64,000 nucleotides of DNA, from contig NW_005434604.1 in NCBI RefSeq assembly GCF_000315625.1, forward strand, positions 248,001 through 312,000, read 5' to 3'. Positions 54,354 to 64,000 of this stretch are shown piece after piece (within the stretch, counting starts at the first letter, position 1; every line of letters begins with the position of its first letter). This DNA comes from Guillardia theta CCMP2712 (lineage: Eukaryota; Protista; Cryptophyta). Made by a program: the position numbers and the translations under genes. A model generated the notes under the pieces. The model did not search any database. It was given only the letters and a program-made list of their open reading frames with translations, and was not told the DNA's origin.

Positions 54354-56482
54354 TCGAAATGTCAGATACATCAGACGCATCAGATTCAGAATCTGAAGAT
54401 GCCGGTGGAAACTCCAGCGCCCAACCTGAAGAGAGAAATCGACAACCGTTTGCAGATCAACAACATGGCATAGCACACAATGATCCCATGGTGATCCAAG
54501 TGAGGCAACAAGCTATTGAAGTTGACAACCATCTCACGAGAACCTGTTCTGAGACATCAGTTGTAAGAGAGAGTGATATCACACAAGACGAACAAGTAGC
54601 GGTGGATCCAGGCCTATCAGAAAGAGGGCACATGAACCGTGAACTAGCCAGTCTTCAAGTCGAAACCTACAACAGTGGTGAAAAGGATTTTGAGTGGGAT
54701 AAACTCACCCAAATACCTGAACATCAACTGAGGTCAGGACGAATTGTACAGAAAACGAATGTGGACACACCGACAAGTAATTCAGACCACGAAGACAACG
54801 ATCTTCCAGCAGGAATTGAAGAGTTCGACAATCAAGACTTCATCAATGCGACACTACTTCCATCAGGAAGCACACTAGAGTTCCTTACGAACCTTGGCAT
54901 CCCTTATCAAGATCGCACCTTAACGAAGCGACAATACTGTGGAGTACTTATCGACACATACAATAACCTGGAAGAGAAAATCATGACATGGTCACACGGG
55001 CCACCACAACGAAACATGTACAACGAAAATCATTACAACGAAGAAATCGACAGCTTGATGTCTTTTCTTCAAGGATGCAAGAAAGATGAAAGAAGAGAAT
55101 CAAGGATACAAAAAGCTCAACTATTCTACACAGGCATGTTGTCGGCAACCAGCCATATCGCGTTTGACAATGACGAACCAAGCATCAAAGAAGCTCTCAA
55201 CAACAACAACCCAGAGAGACACCATTGGATAACAGCAATTCAGTCAGAGGCACGATCATGGAACGGACTAAAAGTATTCGAGGAAGTTGACAACATCCCA
55301 GACGGAAGAAAGGCAATCGGATGCAGAATCATCCTTAAAAGGAAAAGAGGACCGAATGGAGAAGTATTGAAATACAAGGCAAGAGCGATCATACAAGGTT
55401 ACAACGCGGTACAAGGGATCGATTACCTCGACTCCTTCTCAGCGACAGCGAACCCAGTTACGATCAGACTCCTCCTGACAATCGCCAGAGCAAACAAATG
55501 GCACGCCAGATGTCAAGACATCTCAACTGCATACCTGATGGCACCACTTCCTACAGTTGTATATATCAGGACCCCAAAGGAATTTCAAGAGTTCTGCAAC
55601 ATTAGAGCAGCATACTTGAAGATCCTGAGTTCAGTCTATGGACTTCCTTCATCAGGTCGAAACTTCTGGAAGAAGCTCTGCCAAGACCTACGCGATTTCG
55701 GTTTCAAAGCCTGCACGTCAGATGATTGTTTGTTTCTATATCATGACGAGCAAGGGGGAGAGATCATCATCGCGTTAGTAGTCGACGACATCATCCAAGC
55801 TAGCAACAGCCAAGCACTATTTGCAAAGTTCGACGACTTCATGATGAACACAAAAGGATACAGCGTAACAACTGACAACGATCTTAGCTTCTATCTGGGA
55901 GTCGCGTACAAGAGGGACGAAGCTGGAGACTTCATCAGCAACCAGCAAGCGTACATCGAAAAATGTTTGAAAAGATTCAACCTCGAGGGGATCGACCCTA
56001 CAGGGAAATTCACCACGCCAATGGATCCCAAGTTCGTGATCGAACCAGAAGACGTTGATCCGCACGCGCCTGAAGACTTAGTCAAAATCTACAGAAGCCA
56101 AGTAGCAAGTCTGATATACATAGCAACATGGTCAAGACCAGAAATCAGCTATGCAGTATCATTGCTATCAAGATATCTCACAAGTCCTACGAAGAAACGC
56201 TATCAAGACAACGCCGCCTGCATCAAGCTCAGCGAGAATCCCGTCAGCAAGAGCAGATCGAAACACATCAAGAGAAGACACCATTTCATACGACAATGCG
56301 TTGCCAACAAGGAGATCACCTTGGAAGCAATTCATACAAGCGAGCAAGTTGCTGATATATTCACAAAACCGCTGCCCGCTGATCAGTTTCTCTATCTAAG
56401 AGACCAATTGTTGAACCTCCCTGAAGCAACACGCTATCAAAGGAAAACAAAAAGTAATTCATACGATGATTACCTTTGGTAA
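54221..56482 (+). pseudogene. Copia reverse transcriptase with truncated RNase H, out of frame with the upstream ORF
   Basis: KYKARAIIQGYNAVQGIDY, QDISTAYL, VYGLPSSGRNF, LVVDD and SRPEISYAV, followed directly by YQDN..SKHIKRRHHFIR..QVADIFTKPL. Confidence 0.85.
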
Positions 56483-57316
56483 TTTTCAAAATGAATAAAC
56501 TTTTCTCAAACTTGTCTAAGATCCTTCGAAGGACAAAGACACATACGCGAAGTGCTGAGCGCCTCTGGACTGTTCTAGTACCAGGGAGTAGCATAGTACA
56601 AGCGAAACCATAAGCATGTGGCACAACTTGAGCATCCCTGGGGCATTGCGACTTCAGAGGGTAGTGATAGTTGCTTGCAAACGCAAATGGATATGGGAGA
56701 AAGGAGTAAGAGTTTCATAGCACAGCTTCCCCATAGTACATGGGCTGATTTGGTGACATGGAAACATGATTGCTAATCAGGGCGATGGCGCGTAACATGA
56801 TTTCTTTTGAAACATGGAAACGTACTCTTCGTTAACTCACCACCGTGGGTAACCGGCGTGTAGCAAAAGCTACATAGCTGCTCTAAACTTCCATTGAAGC
56901 TAGTTGATGATGCGAAAAGCTACATCAGGGTTTGGAATTGCTTACCCCACACAATCAGCAGTGTGTGAAAGGCAATACAACGTCTCGTTACCTCAAAAAT
57001 GCTACACGCAATTCCTCACGTGCATCCACAAAATGCTACGAAGGAAACGTAAAAGCATGTGGAAACGACGTGTTATGCTCACTGAAAGGCATATGAATGC
57101 ATGTATGACTTTGGAACCTAAGTCATTCGCTGAAACATACTGGGAACTCACCGTCCTGGGCCACATTTGCATTTTGGCTTTCTGCCATTTTCGCATTTTG
57201 TTGGTTAGTTCGCGAAGAGTCAAAGGGAGACCCTCATACAGCATCGGAGCCGTTGGGTCGATTCCGGGACAGTGTTGCATAAATCAATGCTCTCACGCAG
57301 TGACGACACTAAGTTT

Positions 57317-57330
57317 CGAGCAAGGGGGAG
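57317..57330 (+). other. Polypurine tract
   Basis: CGAGCAAGGGGGAG abutting the 3' LTR. Confidence 0.9.
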
Positions 57331-57719
57331 TGATGTTGCACCCGCATGACGTTACGTCAGTAACGGACATGGCAGCATCATGCGAGTAGTCGCAAGAGGC
57401 TACGTACGCTGGCGAGGTGTATAATGCTAGAATCGAAGATGTGTACTGGACGTAGACGTACGTACAACACATTGGTATGATGAAAGCATGAGGCTGGTAT
57501 AAACCGATACACATGTTTACTCATTGCTGTATTACGGGTTAAGCCTGACCTCGACATATAAGCAACCCATCTTAGACGTTGGCCACGTCATCGGAATGGG
57601 ATTGCACGAACATTGACGTGTGTTCTCTTACTGCTGTACATAAACAAATCTAGCTTCATTGTTCATCTGTTCTACTCCTAAGTGCACTATCGCTCAGTTG
57701 CTGGACTATACCCGCATCA
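57331..57719 (+). repeat. 3' LTR
   Basis: Direct repeat of 50243-50631. Confidence 0.97.
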
Positions 57720-57853
57720 CCAGTGACAAGTCCTAACTGAGCCTGAGGTAAAAAACCATCGACTGCAATCGGAGAGCAATAGACAGGCCGGGACCGTATG
57801 GATCGGAACTGCCGCCGGCCTCCTCGACCCTCCTGCCAGGCTCAGTGATTGTC

Positions 57854-57925
57854 CTCGTACTGGTTTCTCGTACTGAACTTAACTTTGAGTAAAGAGGTTT
57901 TGATAGTAACTTAACTTTGAGTAAA
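57854..57925 (+). promoter_or_regulatory. Candidate cis-element cluster CTCGTACTG x2 + AACTTAACTTTGAGTAAA x2
   Basis: Same composite motif as at 643-675; about 200 bp upstream of the PSS ATG. Confidence 0.4.
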
Positions 57926-58124
57926 ACATCCCGACACGCAGGCCCGGCCCCGGAGGCGGCCGCCCCGGCGGCGCCAGTGAGTGGCAGCTACCGGTACCGG
58001 TACAAAGATCCTTTCAGGTTTCAATGAGGGTGGGTACATCGAATTTTGAATGTGACCACCGGTTATGGCAAATATGAATAGTGGGGTAGGGGTAAGTGGA
58101 GGTGGGTCGCAGGGTGCGCATACG

Positions 58125-60573
58125 ATGAGCGGAAGGGAAACGAAGGGGAAGGACAAGAGAAGGAAGGAAGAGGAGGATGTGGGAGAGGAGGAAGCAGAGG
58201 AACACGACAAGTACAGCAGATTCTTTTACAAGCCGCACTTCTTGCTTGCTCTATCGACAGGAACCGGTGAGCTTGTACCGTCCCATAAATTTGAGAAGAG
58301 TATTCGCAAGCAATGTCTCGAAGTGATGGTGCCTGGAATACGCTGATAGTGAGGAGATGACATGATTGTAGTCCAACATGAATCATGATCTTTCTCTCTT
58401 CTCACTCACTTCATTCAGTCGGTCTATTTCATGCGGCATTCTACACCAGGGAAACTGAATTCAAAGTCAATCTGAAGAGGGTAGTCATTCTTCAACACAC
58501 TTCTTAGCATCAACTGGGGTTGCAGGGACTTCTGGGAGTATGCTGTGCTTTCTTGCTGTATTGTTCTCTCCCCTCACCAGTTCCTCGATCCGTCTTCAGA
58601 AGGTAAGCAGCTTCACATACCAGTCGTTTTACTTGACTCGCTCGCAGGCCGCATCCCCTTTTCTGGCGCCTTATCGCTGGCGCCTCCATCCTCTACCTGA
58701 TGGTCCTCACCTTCATCTTGTTTCAAACAGTGCACGATGCCAGAACGCTCGTCACGTGAGCCTGATCCTTCCGCCCCCTGTGTGATTGATGTTTGGGGCA
58801 GCTACGTCGATCCGTGCAGGAATGGTTTGCACACCTGCAGCCAAGCGACGATGATAGGGAAAGATCAAGGCGTGTCGATGGTGAGACAAGGCTGATGATG
58901 GGCCATGGGTCCTGACGGAGCTCCTAGCCCCTGCCCGAGAGATCGTATGCTGATGACTGTCGAGTCATGACCGGCGGTCCATCGTGCAAGTACTTGGATT
59001 TCTTGCTGGCGACCTCTCATTCATCTGACGTGTGGAAGGTGGTGGGCTGATCGATCCAAGGGAGAGGAGCCGTGCTTTGCGAATCTACAGGCAAGTGTGC
59101 TTGGAGGAGGAGAAGGTTGGCTGAAGTTGCATGGCAGGATGCGATCCAAGACGAATTCGTGGTTGCGCACGTTCTTGGCTGGTGAGGAGACGAGAGTTCG
59201 ATCACCGACACGTTGACATGTAAAGAAGGTGGGGAAAGGCCTTGATCATCAGGCATGCGGGGGCAGCATGGATCAACAGCATCGTGTTCGAGTTTGTCGA
59301 GATGTCGTTCGAGGTAGAGGAGGGAACGAAAGACAGTGGCCAGACCTTGAATCGATCTGCAGCATTGGATGCCCAACTTTGCCGAGTGTTGGTGGGATCA
59401 CATCATCTTGGATGTGATGACTTGCAATCTCCTCGGGATCATCCTTGGCCATCTGTTCATGCACTGGCTCTCGGTACTCCCTGCTCTTCCAGCCGATCGT
59501 CGTTGTCGTTGTCATCATATGTAATCCAGGTCAAGCAATATCGATGGATGCACATATCGGAGATCCCAACACCCGAGGGTAAATTTCTCCGCGTCCTTGG
59601 GCAGGTGAGAGAGGTCCTATGGGAAGTACGGAGCGAAGAATGTTGAGAGCAGGGAGGCGGGGGGGGGGGGGGCTTGGGGGGTTGAATGGAATTGGAAGGT
59701 GAAGCATCGAAGGTTGAAAGTGAATCATGAGGAAGGGGAAGGGGATGAGGGAAAGAGGACCAGAGCACATGTATGACTGTACGTCGTTTCCTTCCAGTTC
59801 TCCCCTGAGTCGTGGGACACTTACCACTGGGATGCCCTGGAGAGCCCCAAACGTCTGCTGGTGATTTTCTTTGTAGGGGGCCGGGAGGGGGAAGTGACTA
59901 GTACCTGTAGGTGGTTATCCTCACTTATGCCTGCATCCTCCTCTGCGATTTTAACGCCTTTGCTCTCAAGTTTATCCTCTGGGTACGCACAGGAACTTCA
60001 GCGTGTCTCTTCCTGTTGCTTGACCCTACTGGACTCCCCACTCCAACTCCCTCCATTCTCTCCATCTCCCTCCATCTCTCGCTCCTACTCCCGTTCCTTC
60101 ACCCCACACTGTCAACTGAGTCACTCTCGCCCTCCCTCAATCGCCTTGGCTGCTGCTCTCCTTCCGCCTGTCATCCCCCTCCCTCCATCTCGTTGAGTCC
60201 CCATCTGCAGATTCCACCCCGAAACCCTCTCAACACCTACCGGCTCGTCCTCTGGTGGCTTCTAGGCATGTGTGCAGTACGAGAGTTCTACGAGTACTCG
60301 ACGAACAGGTGAGAGCTCTACATCGTACGTTTCCTCCTCATCTGCTGCAGGCAAGTGAAGCGCCTCGGACATCATGCATGGCTCGGAGGGATGATCCTCA
60401 TCACAGAGACGATGATATGGGTCAAGTTCGGCATCGCCGTCAATGAGTTTTCGAAGCCTTTCCCCTTCTCTGTTGTCATCAGTTGGTCCATCGCCCTCTT
60501 CCTCTTCGTCGTCTGGTTCGTCTATCATTTTCACCTCGTCCCGAACAGATTGAAGTTGAAGAAAACTTGCTGA
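58125..60573 (+). CDS. PSS: Phosphatidylserine synthase, base-exchange type (PTDSS1/2 family), multi-exon
   Basis: [63 protein letters not shown]|[20 protein letters not shown] and KRLGHHAW. Confidence 0.92.
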
Positions 60574-60630
60574 AGCCTCCCTCCTCCCTCCTCCCTCCTC
60601 CCTCCTCCCTCCTCCTTCGGAGCCTCATCA

Positions 60631-62452
60631 TCATTGGTGAAGGGAGGTGATGTAGTGTAGGCGGATGATGAAGTCCGGCTCCTCGGGAAAGAAGAATCCC
60701 TCCAGCGCCTCCGTCGCCTCCGACCTACAGAGCGAAAGTGTGACAGGCAACGGGGTCAGCAAGCAGAGGATACGTACGCAGTATCCTTCTCCTCGTAGTG
60801 AGCCATGAACGCAACAGCCTGCAGCGATCGTGATGAGGAGCAGAGGGGAGGCGGGAAGGAGAGGGAGTGAAGTAGAAGAGAGGATTGTGGAAGAAGATGG
60901 AGACGCATTTTGAGAGGGAGTGTTGAGGAGGAGGAGGAGGGATGGAGTCTCTCAACTCACTCCCGAGATCTTCTCCACGGAGATCAGCCCCTCGAACTGC
61001 CCGAGGACATCCAAAACGTCCTTTGCGGCTTGTCAGCTCCACTTTCTTTCCCAGCTGAGCTCGGGTACCTGCTCGATGATGTTGGCAGGGCAGTTGGTGA
61101 TGAGGAGATGGCGAGAGGGCTCCTTGCTCAGCTTATAGCCTAGGGGCAGCAGCGACCTCAACCATGCTGATCAACAGCCGCAGGTCTCACCGTGTTGCGA
61201 CAAGAGCCAGTCGTCCTCGAGGATGTTGAGCTGAGCGACGGAAGAGGTGTTCGCCTTCGACTCCTGCAACAAGGAAGCAGGTCAAAACTTCACGGGGCTG
61301 GAGGACCTTTCACCAGGGCGGTTTCCACAGACTTCCTGATAGTCAAACTGTGATTGGACCAGTACTCCTGCACCGCTGTCAGAGCCGTCGGGTGACGTCA
61401 GCAGGTACAGATCGGATCTGCTGCATCATCTCTGAGTAAGTTCCATCCTTCTTGAGGTGTGCATGACTCGGACTCTTGGCAAACTGGATGACTAGCGTCC
61501 GGTTCCTGCTGGGATATCAACATCCCTCCCTCCCCTCTTCACGCTTTCACAAGAATGAAAATCCGTTCAGCTCCTCCTTAGCATGCACAGCATCCTGACA
61601 AGCACATGGCGTCAGCATCGACTGGCCCTGCACATGTTCCAGCTGCTCCCTCGCCTTCAGCTCGTCGAAGCACACGAAGGCCTGTCCTCGCATCTTCTGC
61701 GTCTTGAGCGCCCTTACGTCGAGGATCTTGGTCGAGCCGTTAGACGTATCAAAGATGTCGACATCCTCTGACCTTGCCGTACTGGGAGAACACAGCGTAC
61801 AAGAGCTGATGAAGACGGAGGTCACATGAAGGAAACTCCCAAGATATACCTTCCACCTCTCGCATCCGCCTAGGTTTCACACGCTCCCTCAAGTTCCTGA
61901 TGTAGAGGGTGTTGCATGGTGGAAGCTGGTCGTAAGATTCCTTGTAGCGGTACGGATGCCTGTGCTCCGAGTCGATGCCGTTGTCCGCAACGATCTCGCC
62001 ATCCTTTCTCCTGAGATATTGCGGCCCCGTGACGTCACTAACCTGGTCGACCACTATCACTTCCAGCAGCACTCCAGCAAACGCTCACCAGTTGTCGATG
62101 GCCCATGAGGGCTCGTGGGACCTCAACGCCATAGTTCTGCTCTATCCTCATCGCATCCGATTCTGTGTCTCTCCCCAAAGACATGGTCTCCTCCTCCGAA
62201 AACTTCAGATCCATCTCGTCCGAACTGGACCCTCCCCGAAGGCTCAGAAAGGGCGCGTGTGCGTGAGAAGTGAGACCAGCGCATTGCACGGAATCAACAC
62301 CGCAACCATGAAGCTGCGATACCAGAGACAACACGACTACCAACCCCACTGCCCCCATGCCCTTATGTCCGTTTGTAGCTGCGTTTCGTCATGAACATGT
62401 TCTCGTCACTTCGCTATCATGGCTGCATGCTGATCGTCGCGCTACCTGCCAT
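60631..62452 (-). CDS. U1A/U2B''-like two-RRM protein with N-terminal signal-peptide-like leader
   Basis: RRM1 PPCNTLYIRNLRERVK..LYAVFSQYGK|ILDVRALKTQKMRGQAFVCF..IQFAKS. RRM2 PSRHLLITNCP..GQFEG..EALEGF. Start at 62452 (micro-exon) or 62358. Confidence 0.75.
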
Positions 62453-63160
62453 CGGCCTTGATACCCTCCCTCGCCTGCCGCACTAACCTCCTGCACAGTC
62501 GCATTGCCATGCAAGGCACTGCCAGGGATTTTCGTTGACCAGCCCGCCTCAGTGAAAGTTTTGGATGTGACTCACTACTGTCAGTGACACTGCCGTCGTC
62601 CACCGGCCCCGGGCCCCTCACCGCCGGTTCAAGCCGGGCTGAAAATCACGGTCCGGGACTCGGTCGGACCCGGGCTGGACCGGGCCGGCGGCTTCCGAGT
62701 GACTGGGCCGTCTGCCGGCCCGACAGCAGCGGGCAGAAACAGTGGCTTGAACCAACGCAGAAGTTTCCTGCGCGGGGCCGACCCGGTCACCGGCGGCCCG
62801 CCCCGGCGTTCGCAGTGTGGCCGGGCCCGCCCGGGTCTCGCCGCCCCCCCGGCTCTGGAAGTATGAGTTGTGACCTAAAGCACCTAGATAGGGTGGGGGT
62901 CCTTCGAATGAGTACCCCCTACCCCTACAAACACTACCCTTACCTCCTTTTGGATACCACAATATGCAATAAAATGTAATATGGCACCCCACCCCCACAA
63001 ACAGAATTGTCAATTCGTTGTGAATTGGGCAAATGTATGGGGAAACTCAGGAAACTTTCTTGTTGCGCCATCTGCAACAACGGACTACCCCTAGTATGGT
63101 ACCCCCTACCCCCCATTTCACTCGATCACCCCTACCCCAAGGAAGTTCCTCAGACACGCC

Positions 63161-64000
63161 ATGCTAAGGATCCTCATCGCTCTTGCTGTCTGCGGCCATG
63201 CAGCAGCCTTCGCTCCCTCCCTGAACCCAGGTGTCACATGTCTTCTTCCTGCTCCTGCTCCTGCTCCTGCTCCTTATTCTCCTGCTCCTGCTCCTGCTCC
63301 TGCTCCTTATTCTCCTGCTCCTGCTCCTGCTACTGCTCCTGCTCCTGCTCCTGCTCCTTCTCATGTCCCTGAACCCAGGTGTCACATGTCTTCTTCCTGC
63401 TCCAGCTTCTCATTCTTCTGCTCCTTCTGATGTCCCTTCTTTTGTTTTTGTATTCTCTGCCATAAACAATGGCAAAACAATGCCATTTTACCTTCTCGCT
63501 TTGCACTTCTTTCTTCTTCCGACTTTCTCTCCTGTAACCATCACTCGTTTCATCCTTATCGTCTGTGTCAGGACGTTTGGCCCTCAGGAAGTCGCAGCCT
63601 TGCCCTCTCAAGCCTGCCCACCTTCCCGCTATCCTCTCGGACAAGCAGCACTCTGTGCCAGCAGTTGCACAGCAGGCTACTAAGGGCATCTCCTTCCCCC
63701 AGGTAAAGACGCCTGCCCTCAAGTTTGCATCTGACGTGCGTCAGCTCGACGGCAAGGGTATGAGAGTTGGGATTGTTTCTACCCGATGGAACGCCGAGGT
63801 TGTGGTGAGATATGTCCATCTCGTTTGAACCAAGGCTGAAGTTGGTCCATGCCTGCCTCAACAGAACAAGCTCAAGGATGGAGCTCGGTGACGCATCAGG
63901 CTCATCAGTGCCGTCTTCTTACTGATCGCTGGTTCGCAGTGCTGGTCTCAAAGAATGCCAAGTCGAAGACTCGAATGTCGTCGAGTTCGAGGTGAACACA
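63161..64000 (+). CDS. ribH: 6,7-dimethyl-8-ribityllumazine synthase, plastid-targeted, 3' truncated by the window
   Basis: Leader MLRILIALAVCGHAAA-FAP; LDGKGMRVGIVSTRWNAEVV..KLKDGA..VVEFEV matches the lumazine synthase N-terminus. Confidence 0.88.
63247..63357 (+). repeat. (CCTGCT)n intronic repeat
   Basis: Seen directly. Confidence 0.9.

Larger units (their letters stand above)
50243..57719 (+). mobile_element. Ty1/copia LTR retrotransposon, both LTRs present, internally deleted
   Basis: 389-bp LTRs TGATG...CATCA; target-site duplication CCAGT at 50238-50242 and 57720-57724; domain order gag-PR-IN-RT-(RH). Confidence 0.97.

Overview
Gene-dense eukaryotic nuclear DNA with many short introns, microsatellite-filled introns and two 100-N assembly gaps. 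The AAA-FAP plastid leader, the LRGG-type leader and the RWP-RK array suggest an alga with a complex red plastid, probably a cryptophyte such as Guillardia; this is inference only. Recognisable genes: a HEAT-repeat protein, a GON4L/DUO3-like SANT protein, xanthine dehydrogenase, long-form tRNase Z, base-exchange phosphatidylserine synthase, a U1A/U2B''-like two-RRM protein with an unexpected secretory/bipartite leader, and the 5' part of a plastid-targeted lumazine synthase. Several hypothetical genes are also present. Main structural highlights: (1) two inverted copies of a GT92 + HtrL/YibB fusion gene bracket XDH and show patchwork near-identity, suggesting gene conversion; (2) a three-copy RWP-RK tandem array has a chimeric middle copy; (3) a 7.5-kb Ty1/copia element has 389-bp LTRs that look identical, a CCAGT target-site duplication, a half-tRNA-Met-type PBS, a VVDD RT motif, a second internal PPT, two apparent internal deletions and a possible spliced antisense gene; (4) the intergenic DNA shows a recurrent grammar of an AACTTAACTTTGAGTAAA motif, CCGG-rich cores and TACCCC tracts. 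Exon boundaries of the multi-exon genes were read by eye and are approximate.
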